Notes: generated by a model from the sequence alone, not told the origin. A DNA stretch of 64,000 nt from Patescibacteria group bacterium (GCA_038065075.1 JBBTRQ010000011.1:5924-69923); one strand, 5' to 3'. Shown: positions 17,031 to 26,594, counted from the first letter of the stretch. Made by a program: numbers and translations.

Positions 17031-18519
17031 GGACCCTGAGACGGTGAGCGACCTCGTGCACCTCATGATTCGCGACCAGCGGATCCGTACCGAGGTGACG
17101 CGCGGAAGCCATATGTGGTTCTTTCTGACCTACCTCGCGGATTATGTCCGCTATCCCTTCGCGCCGTTCCATCGCGAGATGTTCGCCCTATCTGAGGACG
17201 ACACCCTGCCAATGTTGGTACTCATGGCGTTCCGCGGGTCGGCCAAGTCTACAATCTTCACTCTCTCGTATCCGATTTGGGCGATCCTCGGACAACAGAA
17301 AAAGAAGTTCATCGTCATCCTCGGCCAGACGCAGCAACAGGCACGACAGTATCTCGCCAACCTCAAACGTGAGCTGGAGCGCAACGATCTGCTCCGGCGA
17401 GATCTCGGTCCATTCGAGGAGCGCGACGAGGAATGGAGCGCTGGAAGCATCGTCATTCCTAAATACGATGCCCGCATCACCGCCATTTCCTGCGAGCAAG
17501 GCATCCGTGGACTTCGTCACGGTGCATACCGCCCCGACCTCATCATCTGCGACGACCTGGAGAACCTCGACAGCGTGCGGACGCGCGATGGCCGCCAAAA
17601 ACTCTACCAATGGCTCATGGGCGAGGTCATTCCTGCTGGGGACGTGAACACCCGTATCGTAATCGTCGGCAACTGCCTGCACGATGACGGAATCATGATG
17701 CGGCTCCAGCGAGAGATCACGGCTGGCGCAAGGTTGGGCGTGTTCCGATCGTTCCCACTTCTTGATGACGAAGGTATTTGTTTGTGGCCAGGCAAGTTCC
17801 CAGATCCCGAATTGGTCGAGTCATTTAAGCGGTCGGTGGTGGACGAGATCACCTGGCAACGGGAGTACTTATTAAGAATCATCGCTGGGGTCGATACTGT
17901 GATCCATCGCGACTGGATTCAGTATTACGACGAGGCGGAGATGGCAGCGTGCGGAGAGAAGTTCCGCTACGTGGGGATCGGCATCGATTTGGCGATCTCC
18001 GACAAGGATACCGCCGACTACACCGCCATGGTGACGGCACACGTGTACGGACGAATCAAAAAACTTCGAATCTTCATCCAACCGCATCCGACAAATGAGC
18101 GGCTTGGGTTTCCGGATACCTACGAGCGAGTAAAGGCCATGGCAAATCTCCACACAGACAAAGCAAAGCTCAAAATTTTCATCGAAGATGTAGGCTATCA
18201 AGGCGCACTAATTCAGATGCTCGAAAAAGACGGGTACCCGGCCGAGGGCGTGAAACTTCACGGTGCGGATAAGCGATCTCGTCTTGCGCTTACGAGTCAT
18301 CTGATCAAAAACGGGGTAATTCGCTTTCCTCGGATTGGCGCAGAGGAATTGATCGAGCAACTGACCGGCTTCGGCTCGGAACGCCACGATGACCTCGCGG
18401 ATGCATTCTCGAGTTTGATCATCAAAATCAAAGAGCATGACAAACCCGCGCCGTGCATCGGGTTCATCTCGTTCGGATGGGACGGATCGGTGCGAGATAC
18501 GCGGATTGAACTGGACTAA
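16996..18519 (+). CDS. Phage terminase large subunit (ATPase + nuclease)
   Basis: Walker A-like MAFRGSAKST, Walker B LIICDDLEN, and C-terminal RNaseH-like nuclease region (IGIDLAISDKDTADYTAMV...). The track ORF starts at TTG 16975; the first ATG is at 16996. Confidence 0.85.
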   Translation: MTNPNLLPLPNEDPETVSDLVHLMIRDQRIRTEVTRGSHMWFFLTYLADYVRYPFAPFHREMFALSEDDTLPMLVLMAFRGSAKSTIFTLSYPIWAILGQQKKKFIVILGQTQQQARQYLANLKRELERNDLLRRDLGPFEERDEEWSAGSIVIPKYDARITAISCEQGIRGLRHGAYRPDLIICDDLENLDSVRTRDGRQKLYQWLMGEVIPAGDVNTRIVIVGNCLHDDGIMMRLQREITAGARLGVFRSFPLLDDEGICLWPGKFPDPELVESFKRSVVDEITWQREYLLRIIAGVDTVIHRDWIQYYDEAEMAACGEKFRYVGIGIDLAISDKDTADYTAMVTAHVYGRIKKLRIFIQPHPTNERLGFPDTYERVKAMANLHTDKAKLKIFIEDVGYQGALIQMLEKDGYPAEGVKLHGADKRSRLALTSHLIKNGVIRFPRIGAEELIEQLTGFGSERHDDLADAFSSLIIKIKEHDKPAPCIGFISFGWDGSVRDTRIELD

Positions 18520-19508
18520 AATTCGTCTAGATTCAATCCTGGAACCTGATAAAGTTGTTCAATCGCTTTACGCTCCTCGTCTGACAAAAGTTGTACCCCG
18601 CGATTATAAAGAAATTTTACGAATTCATTTACATCCTGGTCATCATGAACCCAATGGATCTGATTATTTTGGATTGCGGCTTGAAGCATCGATCGCAATT
18701 CGTCATCGGTAAATTCTGAAAACTTGCTCAATACAGCAACTGATTTATGTGTAGTCTCAAAATTTCTAGTGTTCGCGAAACCGTCAATAGCGAGGCTTCT
18801 GGCAAGCTCATCGGCCAGTTGAATATTAGGGTACTTATCTCTAAAGAACTGCGATAGGTCAGGATAAAGATATACTTGGGAATTTTTCTTGATTTTCCAT
18901 TCATCTTTCAGGCAATCAAGTATTTCGCCATCGTGTAAAGGTGAGCGGTAATCAGAATCTTTTGAAATGAGATACAAGTCTTCTTTTTGTGGGACGTTGG
19001 CTAAAAGCGAAAGCCAGCAAATCGCGTCTCCGTATGAATTATTTTTTCCTGGCGGGTGTCCGAGGTCCATTCTTCTGACAGCCTTATCGATAATTGTTGC
19101 TGTTTCCAGAACAATTGCCTTAGAGAATATTTCTTCCAAGGTTTTATCAGCTTTTAAACCATCCTGAGCTGCCTCCTCTCTGATGTTCTGTACCGCCTTC
19201 GAGATGAGTTTAGAGAATTCTCTCGCTGCCACGCTCAAAGCAGTGTGGTTTGCGTCGAGCTGAACCAATTGAGGAAATTTCGAGACGGTGTTCCTCAATT
19301 GGAATTCCCGAATGGCATCGGCGATTTTCGTCTCTCTGTTTCGTCGAAATTCAGACCTCGCATGGTCAGGTAAATACAAAACGATACCGCGTTGATCAAG
19401 TGCTGTGACGAGTTTTTTTAATGCCTCAAGATCGTCATCGGTATAATGATAAAAAGAGAGGTATATGTTTGTATCAATGAAGACGTGTAATGCCACAAGA
19501 AATTTCAC
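18516..19508 (-). CDS. PIN-like domain protein (DUF4935-like), last gene of the type I R-M operon
   Basis: N-terminal VFIDTNIYLSFYHYTDDDLEALKKL (PIN-type acidic motif). GTG start at 19508 directly abuts the hsdS stop codon (19509-19511). 330 aa. Confidence 0.55.
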   Translation of the reverse strand: MKFLVALHVFIDTNIYLSFYHYTDDDLEALKKLVTALDQRGIVLYLPDHARSEFRRNRETKIADAIREFQLRNTVSKFPQLVQLDANHTALSVAAREFSKLISKAVQNIREEAAQDGLKADKTLEEIFSKAIVLETATIIDKAVRRMDLGHPPGKNNSYGDAICWLSLLANVPQKEDLYLISKDSDYRSPLHDGEILDCLKDEWKIKKNSQVYLYPDLSQFFRDKYPNIQLADELARSLAIDGFANTRNFETTHKSVAVLSKFSEFTDDELRSMLQAAIQNNQIHWVHDDQDVNEFVKFLYNRGVQLLSDEERKAIEQLYQVPGLNLDEF

Positions 19509-20693
19509 CTATAAAAGCTGTGCGGTCAAAGCTGAAAATGCTTCGTCGATCAATTGTCCACGATGCAGTTGTTTTCCTCGGATTTTTGCCGAATTTTCTA
19601 CAAGCTCAACAAATTCAACCTGCTTATCTTTTGGAGGCACCAAAATATCCAAACCCGTCAGTGCATCGGTGTTAAGACTCTGAACAGTCGCTCCGGTTTT
19701 GATCAGTGTTAACAGATGTCTTTCTAAACCACGCAATTGCCAATACAGAAAAATCGGATTGATCTCTGCCGAAGGGATCAGAGCTTTGATATCTTGGTTA
19801 ATCGCCACTGGTCTAGCTGTGATCGCGATCGGTACCGTATGCTTCAAGATTCCACTGCGAGTAACCACCAATAATGAATTGGGAGGTATCAGATTTGTAG
19901 CTGATTCCGCAATTGCTTCTTGAGTTATGTGATCCTCAGTATCCTCAATAAACTCATCCCCCATGTCCTTCGGGGAGACCCATGGAATCACTCCGTTCCA
20001 AAATTTTCCCATTTGTTTCGAAGGTGTACCCCCACCCTTAACGGTTACCACGTCGCTCAATTTTTTTGTCAAAAAGTTTTGGTCAATTGAGTTACCAAAC
20101 ATTTGGTCAAACAATGCAGGAGCGAAGTCAGACAAAATTTTGTATGCGCTATCACGTTTTGTTTTCAATTCCAGTACCTGATCCAAAGTCGACACAATTT
20201 GCTTCTGTGTCTTCAAAGGAGGAACGGGAATTAACAACTTTCCGTAACGCCGTGTCTCTAGATTTCTAATTCCTGACGTCTGTCTCTGAAGGGAGTTGGT
20301 AACGCCTTTCATATACAGATTCTGGAGGCAGTGCCAGAGGAATCGCGGATCAATCATCCCTGCGTCTTTTACTCGAATCCGAGCAGTAAAGTTACTATAG
20401 GTATACCCAGGTTTGTCCAATTGAAAGAGCGCAACTCGACCCACAGGTTGTTTGGGCCCACCACCAGATTTTTCTAAAATAATATCACCGGGCTTTAGCT
20501 CCCTTGTAGAAAACTGTCGATCTTCAACGAGATGCTCTGCCACATCATCAAAATCCAAATGACCACCCGCTTTAAAATTTGTATTACGGATAATTCTCGC
20601 CTGACGCATCGTTCCTGATTTACCAATCCAAAGACCACCCGTTATGTCACATAGTTCATCCAGATTTTTTTCGATATACGGTGAACCATGCAT
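19509..20693 (-). CDS. hsdS: Type I restriction-modification specificity subunit HsdS
   Basis: 394 aa with two target-recognition domains and central/C-terminal conserved helices. ATG at 20693 lies 1 nt after the hsdM stop. Confidence 0.85.
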   Translation of the reverse strand: MHGSPYIEKNLDELCDITGGLWIGKSGTMRQARIIRNTNFKAGGHLDFDDVAEHLVEDRQFSTRELKPGDIILEKSGGGPKQPVGRVALFQLDKPGYTYSNFTARIRVKDAGMIDPRFLWHCLQNLYMKGVTNSLQRQTSGIRNLETRRYGKLLIPVPPLKTQKQIVSTLDQVLELKTKRDSAYKILSDFAPALFDQMFGNSIDQNFLTKKLSDVVTVKGGGTPSKQMGKFWNGVIPWVSPKDMGDEFIEDTEDHITQEAIAESATNLIPPNSLLVVTRSGILKHTVPIAITARPVAINQDIKALIPSAEINPIFLYWQLRGLERHLLTLIKTGATVQSLNTDALTGLDILVPPKDKQVEFVELVENSAKIRGKQLHRGQLIDEAFSALTAQLL

Positions 20694-20694
20694 A

Positions 20695-22170
20695 TCAAAC
20701 CTGTTTTAGGAGATTCTCGACTTCCGATACGATTTCCTTCTCAAGCTTAACGACCTCTCGCAAAATTTCCTTTGGATCACGGTGATCGATGGCTGTTGTT
20801 TCTATGGTTCGATAGCGACCAATAGCCAAACTTAAATCAGAATCCTTTTTAATGGTTTCTGCACTGATCAGGAAACTATTTACACTGGATTTGCGTTCCG
20901 GCCATGCCGCAAGCACATCCGGAATATTGTTTTTATTGATGGGTTGTCGTCGATCATCTAAGGTGTAACCATCGGCTTTGAGGTCGTAAAACCAAACGTC
21001 CTGTGTCGCACCACCCTTCTTGAAAATCAAAACACCCGTTGCGACACCGGAGTATGGCTTGAACACTCCTGGTGGCAAATTAATCACAGCCTGAAGTTCG
21101 CAAGTGTCGAGCAAAAGTTCGCGAATTTTTCTGGCAGCACGGTTTGTTGCAAAAAGCACACCATTCGGAACAATCACAGCTGCCCGACCGCCGCCCGTAA
21201 GGTGGTCAATAAACCACTTACAAAACAAGAGCTCTGTGCTAGTGGTGAGCAAGTTGATGTCTGCAAGGATGCTTTCTTGCTGGATTGATCCAGCGAAAGG
21301 AGGATTCGCAAGAATCACATCGTAGCGGTCGCTATAGTGACGAGGATCAGTGAGCGGGTTATAAAAAAGGATTCGTGCCTTCTCAAGCTGGTGCAGGTAA
21401 AGGTTCATGATTGCGACTTTCACCATGTTCGCGTCGTTGTCGAAGCCGGTGAACGCCTGCTCCTCGAGGAATTTCCATTGGGCAGTTGATAGCTCATCAC
21501 CTGTGTTTTGACCCTTGGTCTGCGAGCCTTTTGAGGTATGCGTACGCTTGATGTGATCGAAAGCGGCAATCAAAAATCCACCCGTACCACAAGCTGGATC
21601 ACAGATGCGTTCACCCGGCTGAGGGGCTACCATTTCCACCATCATCGCGATGATGTGTCGCGCTGTGCGGAACTGACCGGCGTTACCCTGCATTGAAAGG
21701 TTGCTGAGCAGGTACTCATATGCGTCTCCCTTGATATCGATTCCTTGAAGCGGCTTGAGTTCCATCGAATGAATCGTCTGGATGACGGCACGGAGCGTTG
21801 GGCGATCGTAGATTTTTAGGGTCGCGCGTGCGAACAGAAGTTTTCCTGTCTCGGATAGGTTCGGAAGCTCGTGGATATTCTCAATCGCGGCGCGGGCGGC
21901 ATCAAAAAGGGCGTCACCGGTTAGGGTGACGAAATTGCCCCAGCCGTACTTCGACCACTCGCCTGAAAAAATCGGCTTGTAGTTCTTGTCGAGACGAGCA
22001 AGTTGCTCGTCTCGTTCGGAAAGGATTCGCAAGAACAACAGATAAGAAATCTGCTCGATCGCATCAATCGGATTATTGACCCCTCCTGAGTAAAGTGAGT
22101 CCATCAGCTGGTCGATCTTTGACTTGAGATCGGAGGAAGTAAAAAGCTCTTGGGAACGCATTGATACCAT
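20695..22170 (-). CDS. hsdM: Type I R-M N6-adenine DNA methyltransferase HsdM
   Basis: NPPFAGS motif IV, motif I DPACGTGGFLIAA, HsdM N-terminal domain. Confidence 0.9.
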   Translation of the reverse strand: MVSMRSQELFTSSDLKSKIDQLMDSLYSGGVNNPIDAIEQISYLLFLRILSERDEQLARLDKNYKPIFSGEWSKYGWGNFVTLTGDALFDAARAAIENIHELPNLSETGKLLFARATLKIYDRPTLRAVIQTIHSMELKPLQGIDIKGDAYEYLLSNLSMQGNAGQFRTARHIIAMMVEMVAPQPGERICDPACGTGGFLIAAFDHIKRTHTSKGSQTKGQNTGDELSTAQWKFLEEQAFTGFDNDANMVKVAIMNLYLHQLEKARILFYNPLTDPRHYSDRYDVILANPPFAGSIQQESILADINLLTTSTELLFCKWFIDHLTGGGRAAVIVPNGVLFATNRAARKIRELLLDTCELQAVINLPPGVFKPYSGVATGVLIFKKGGATQDVWFYDLKADGYTLDDRRQPINKNNIPDVLAAWPERKSSVNSFLISAETIKKDSDLSLAIGRYRTIETTAIDHRDPKEILREVVKLEKEIVSEVENLLKQV

Positions 22171-22176
22171 AGAATT

Positions 22177-24579
22177 TTAAAGCTCAGCCAGATCCGCTTG
22201 GCGAACGATTGGGGTAAGACGCAGGGCATCGAATACTTCATCACGTTCGTTGAATGCGAGCAGACCTTCAAGTCCGCCGAGGGCGTTGAATTGACTGGTG
22301 TTAAAAATGGTCATGTCCTTTGCGAAGAAGCGTCGGCGAGCATCCTTATCTTCCACCAACATCTTCACAATAGCGTCCACCCAGCGCTGATCGTTAAACC
22401 GCAGATTGAACTGCGATGCGATAGTTTCGACAGTATCCTCGACAATCCGCGCCTTCGTTGGGATCGGCTTTTTCCCAAGGGGACCGTAGACGAAGGTCGG
22501 CACCGGGGCTGGGATACCGTAAGCCTGTACAAGTTTGCCAGGGGTGTAGAACATTTTCGGTCGGTTGAAAAACCGTTCCCCCATAATGGTTTCAATAGCG
22601 TCATCGTCCTCGTCATCAACTGCGTTTTTGAATTCTCCATCCTTTTTGTATAGATCCTTTATGTCTTTTTCGTATGAGCCGCGGAATGTCATAACATCGA
22701 CCTTTTCGCCGTCGGGTCCGACGATTTTAATCTCGGTGGTTTGGACAATATCGGTGCCAGTCCAGACAGGAATCTCTGGCTTGAGATGGCCTCCAGCCGC
22801 CGGTTCAGCTACAGTTACACCTTCTCCAGTAGGCAGAGCCTCGGACTTGGAGCCTTTCTTTCCTTTTGCAGGTTTTACCTCTCGCGGTACCACCAGCGGA
22901 ACGGTATAGTCATATTTTTCTTGGAAATACTCGGCTACGCCGCAAAAATCCAAAATCAGGAAATTTTCCTTCTTGTATGCCGTGTTGCCAACTTTAAACG
23001 TATGAAGACGCGTCCCGCGTCCTTTGATCTGGATGTACTCAGTCGGGGAAAAGATCGGGCGAGCAAGGACGATATTGAGAATGTCCGTGCAGTTATACCC
23101 AGTCGAAAGCATGTCGACGGAAACAGCAACGCGCTCATTGCGTTTCCCATCACGGAAATCTTTTGCGATTGCCGCTGCATCTTGGATGCGGGAAGTGATG
23201 GTGAGTGCAACCTCGGGCTGGATGGCGTTCAGCATCTTTGTCAGAGTCGTTGCATGGGTTTGGTTCACAGCAAAAATAATGGTTCTGCCGATTTGACCAT
23301 CGGGAGCACGAAGCGCATTTTTGAAAAACTGCTCGCAGATAATTTTGTTACGCTCGGGAGTGAAGATTTTCCGCTCAAGATCGCGAATCTTGTAGCTCTC
23401 TTCCTGCTCGTTGACCGTGACAGTCCATCCGCCTTCCTCGAGCGCCTTGGTAGTGATTTCAGAACGGATATCCCAAATTTTAGGCAGGCAAAGGAATGGA
23501 CCCTCGGGATCCTTTACCGCATCGACGATGTCATATCGGAACGTCGGCAACCCAGGCTTACAGCCGAAATAGTGATACGTGTCCCGTAGTTGGCGAGCTT
23601 CAAGAGCTTTGGGATTCTCCTCCTCAAGTTGAGTGAGATCGACATTTTTTAAATATGCCTTCGGGGTTGCCGTTAGACCAACACGTGTGGCCTGGAAATA
23701 CTGAAGGACTTCACGCGCGTCACCGTAGATAGAACGATGCGCTTCATCGTTAACCACAAGGTCAAAGTGATACGGTGTAAATGCCTCACGGTAACGCCTA
23801 TCAACTAAAAGCGACTGAATGGTGGCGATCACAACGCTCGAAGCCATGAGCTCAGCAGGCTTGTGACGTGCAGTTTTAAAAATGACCGGCTTGTAATCGC
23901 GCAGGATAAATTCGAATGTCTCCAGCGTTTGCTTGGCAAGCTCAATTCGGTCAACGACAAAAAGCACGCGCTCGGCGTTACGTGTCATGAGGAAACGCCG
24001 GATCATCGCAGCACACATAAGTGTTTTCCCAGTACCCGTCGCCATTTCCAAAAGGAATTTCCTTCGGCCGGATTCATCGAACTGTTTGGCAACTTCGTCG
24101 AGTGCACGAATTTGGTAGCCGCGAACCTTAAGTGCCGGATCGATACCAGCAAGCGAATTTGGAGTGAGTCTTTCAGTAAGCAACGGTCTTGGTGGTTGAA
24201 GGTTTTTTAATTTCAACCGTTCAAGATCGGCTCGGGATGGAAGTGATTCGATGCGATATGCATCTTCCTGATTCTTGCGCGTGAAATTCCAAAAATAATG
24301 AACCGTCCCATTTGAGAGGATGACAAATGGCGCTTTTAAATTATCGGCATACCCACGCGCCTGATCCTTTGCATCGTATGGATCAAGATCTTCGCGCTTC
24401 GCTTCAAGGATGCAAAGCGGAAAGCCGCGATCATCTTTCAGAATGTAGTCAGAGCGCCCGGTCGTTGAGGAAACTTCCAATGTGACCTGTTGCGTATCGA
24501 GCAGATTCCAGCCGCTCCCTTCAAGTGCCTTATCGATTAAGATGCGGGAAAAAGCTTCGGGTTGTCCTTTTGCGACCAT
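22177..24579 (-). CDS. hsdR: Type I restriction endonuclease subunit HsdR
   Basis: 800 aa. N-terminal PD-(D/E)xK nuclease (DYILKDDRGFPLCILEAKRE), helicase motif I EMATGTGKT, motif II VVNDEAHR, motif VI QIKGRGTR. Confidence 0.9.
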   Translation of the reverse strand: MVAKGQPEAFSRILIDKALEGSGWNLLDTQQVTLEVSSTTGRSDYILKDDRGFPLCILEAKREDLDPYDAKDQARGYADNLKAPFVILSNGTVHYFWNFTRKNQEDAYRIESLPSRADLERLKLKNLQPPRPLLTERLTPNSLAGIDPALKVRGYQIRALDEVAKQFDESGRRKFLLEMATGTGKTLMCAAMIRRFLMTRNAERVLFVVDRIELAKQTLETFEFILRDYKPVIFKTARHKPAELMASSVVIATIQSLLVDRRYREAFTPYHFDLVVNDEAHRSIYGDAREVLQYFQATRVGLTATPKAYLKNVDLTQLEEENPKALEARQLRDTYHYFGCKPGLPTFRYDIVDAVKDPEGPFLCLPKIWDIRSEITTKALEEGGWTVTVNEQEESYKIRDLERKIFTPERNKIICEQFFKNALRAPDGQIGRTIIFAVNQTHATTLTKMLNAIQPEVALTITSRIQDAAAIAKDFRDGKRNERVAVSVDMLSTGYNCTDILNIVLARPIFSPTEYIQIKGRGTRLHTFKVGNTAYKKENFLILDFCGVAEYFQEKYDYTVPLVVPREVKPAKGKKGSKSEALPTGEGVTVAEPAAGGHLKPEIPVWTGTDIVQTTEIKIVGPDGEKVDVMTFRGSYEKDIKDLYKKDGEFKNAVDDEDDDAIETIMGERFFNRPKMFYTPGKLVQAYGIPAPVPTFVYGPLGKKPIPTKARIVEDTVETIASQFNLRFNDQRWVDAIVKMLVEDKDARRRFFAKDMTIFNTSQFNALGGLEGLLAFNERDEVFDALRLTPIVRQADLAEL

Positions 24580-24668
24580 ATGTCCGAATTATGCCTGAAA
24601 AGAGCCTTATCTGCAATGAGTTTTTGTCCCTTTTGTTACCTACAAGTAGGGCTAGGCACCCAGGACAG

Positions 24669-24694
24669 ATGTGGCATTAATGTCCATGCCACAT
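24669..24694. promoter_or_regulatory. Perfect 9-bp inverted repeat ATGTGGCAT-n8-ATGCCACAT, 12 nt upstream of the recombinase start (candidate operator / recombinase-binding site)
   Basis: Read directly from the sequence. It lies in the divergent region between hsdR (-) and the recombinase (+). Confidence 0.4.
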
Positions 24695-24705
24695 AACGGC
24701 CATTT

Positions 24706-26037
24706 ATGAACAATCCAGCCCAACAAGCAGTACCAGTGCCACAGCCGATCCGCTACTGCCTTTACTCACGCAAGAGCACCGAGCAAGACGAGCAACAATC
24801 CCTCTCGATTGAATCCCAAGTGAAAGAAATGCTCGCGGCGGCGGAGCGGGACGGGCTTTTGGTAACGGAGATCCGGCGCGAGAGTCACTCGGCTAAGGCG
24901 TCTGGCCAGCGACCCGAGTTTAACCGGCTCATCGATGATATACGCCTTCAACGGTTTGACGGCATCCTTGCCTGGGCGCCAGACCGCTTGAGCCGTAACG
25001 CGGGAGACCTGGGAACCATCGTGGACTTAATGGATCAAGGTGTTATCCGCGAAATTCGCACCAATGGATCCCGGTTCACGAATTCGCCGAGCGATAAGTT
25101 CATGCTCATGATGCTCTGCAGCCAGGCCAAGCTAGAAAACGATAACAAGAGCATCAACATCAAGCGCGGGCTCAAGGCGAAAGTCGAAATGGGCTATCGG
25201 CCTAACATGGCTCCGATGGGGTACTTGCATGACAAGAATGCTGACAAGGGTACGAAGCGGATTTACATCGATCCCGAACGCGCGCCGGGCATCCGTGAGA
25301 TGTTTGAAAAAGTCGGATATCGATTCTGGTCAGGGCGACAGGTTAAACGATGGCTTGATAACGATGCAATGTTCAGGTCACGAACGGGTAGAAAGGTTGC
25401 GTTGAGTAGTATCTACATGATGCTTTCAAATCCATTTTACACCGGCCGATACGAATTCCCGATGAAGAGCGGGAAGTGGTACAAGGGCAAGCATGACGCG
25501 ATCATCTCACAAGAGCTATTCGATCGGGTGCAGGAGAACCTCAGTGTGATCCCCAAAGGTACACATGGATCAAAGGAGTTCTCGTTCACCAGATTGTTCT
25601 CCTGTGGCGCGTGCGGAGCCGGCATTACGGCCGAGGAGAAGGTGAAGCGGCTCAAGGACGGTACGGTCAAACGGTATGTGTACTATCATTGCACAAAACA
25701 GGTCGATAGGAATTGCCGTGAGTCGTTCCTGCGTGAGGAGTCTCTCATCGAGCAGCTGCTGAAGATCGTCGATAAGCTTAGCATCGATGAACTTGGGATG
25801 GCCGAGATCGTAAAAGCAGAGATGGAAAAATTTCAACGGCTCCTTGTGGTCGTGTCCAAGCTGGATTCGAACCAGCAAAACATCATGGTTCTTCCGAAAC
25901 TGGACGTACGAGCCTGCGCGAAACTGATCCTTCAGGACGGATCAAAAGAAGACAAGCGGAAACTGCTCGAGCAACTCAAGAGCCGCATCATCCTGAAGGG
26001 GGGCAAGCTGAGTATAGAAAAGAAGAGAAAAACCTAA
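24706..26037 (+). CDS. Large serine recombinase (resolvase-like catalytic domain + recombinase domain + Zn-ribbon)
   Basis: N-terminal YCLYSRKSTEQDEQQSLSIESQ (catalytic Ser). Recombinase domain. C-terminal CGACGAGI...YYHCTK zinc ribbon and coiled-coil. 443 aa. Confidence 0.9.
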   Translation: MNNPAQQAVPVPQPIRYCLYSRKSTEQDEQQSLSIESQVKEMLAAAERDGLLVTEIRRESHSAKASGQRPEFNRLIDDIRLQRFDGILAWAPDRLSRNAGDLGTIVDLMDQGVIREIRTNGSRFTNSPSDKFMLMMLCSQAKLENDNKSINIKRGLKAKVEMGYRPNMAPMGYLHDKNADKGTKRIYIDPERAPGIREMFEKVGYRFWSGRQVKRWLDNDAMFRSRTGRKVALSSIYMMLSNPFYTGRYEFPMKSGKWYKGKHDAIISQELFDRVQENLSVIPKGTHGSKEFSFTRLFSCGACGAGITAEEKVKRLKDGTVKRYVYYHCTKQVDRNCRESFLREESLIEQLLKIVDKLSIDELGMAEIVKAEMEKFQRLLVVVSKLDSNQQNIMVLPKLDVRACAKLILQDGSKEDKRKLLEQLKSRIILKGGKLSIEKKRKT

Positions 26038-26051
26038 GGGTCGCCAAATCG

Positions 26052-26086
26052 AAAACCCGCATTCCATGAGGAGTACGGGTTTTCTT
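26052..26086 (+). terminator. Rho-independent terminator after the recombinase gene; its loop contains the right copy of the 11-bp repeat
   Basis: AAAACCCG-cATTCCATGAGGagta-CGGGTTTT-CTT. Confidence 0.6.
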
Positions 26087-26531
26087 GGTCACCCCCTGTT
26101 CCGGTCGCCAGGAACAGGTCGTGATGGTTCTGGAGCAAGAGATTCGAACCGAATCTCGACCATCTGTCACAGATCGTCGGTCTCCTGCAGGCAGCCTTGC
26201 TGGACCTCGACCAGGCGCTCGCGCCGTTTCGGATCCGCATCGCGCGTGTCGAGGCGCGTCGGGACCACGTCCCGCTGTGGAACTTCAGCGGTCAGTTGAC
26301 CCAGCTGGTCGTCGAGGGCTTCCACAACGGCCACTACTTCCACACCTTCCCCGGCGGGAGGATCGACGACAACCTCGCAGAGATGGAGATGGCGGAGTTC
26401 AACCGCCTGGTCATCCACTGCGAGGCCGTCAGGTAGCCTTCCGTCCGCTCAACGCGCTCTAGCCACCCGGCTGGAGCTTTTCATTTTGGCTAAATTTAGC
26501 CCATAGATGCCCACTCAGTGGGTTTCACCGA

Positions 26532-26560
26532 TTGACAAAAGCGCTATTTTCTGGTATCTT
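26532..26560 (+). promoter_or_regulatory. Candidate sigma70-type promoter for the 26595 gene
   Basis: TTGACA - 17 nt - TATCTT, ~35 nt upstream of the ATG. Confidence 0.3.
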
Positions 26561-26594
26561 TTTACGTTAAATTAGCAAAAACTATTTAATCTCT

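Larger units (their letters stand above)
11249..26450. mobile_element. Integrated prophage-remnant / defence island (~15 kb) carrying a serine recombinase, repressor, terminase, type I R-M and an OLD-like nuclease; boundaries approximate
   Basis: Gene content (recombinase, LexA/CI-like repressor, TerS/TerL, ParB-MTase, R-M). An 11-bp direct repeat ATTCCATGAGG occurs at 11249-11259 and 26061-26071. GC-rich segments lie at both ends (11260-11530 and 26085-26440). The island is inserted between two paralogous host genes. Confidence 0.5.

Noticed and set aside
11249-26071. Treating the 11-bp ATTCCATGAGG pair as proven att sites
   Set aside because: An 11-mer recurring somewhere in 64 kb is expected by chance, and serine integrases do not normally generate long direct repeats. 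It is kept only as a positional hypothesis because both copies fall exactly at the inferred island ends.
26167-26436. Either of the overlapping ORFs 26167..26418 (-) / 26197..26436 (+) as a confident gene
   Set aside because: GC-rich DNA gives long ORFs in several frames, and I cannot decide the coding strand from sequence alone. Reported as an anomalous segment instead.
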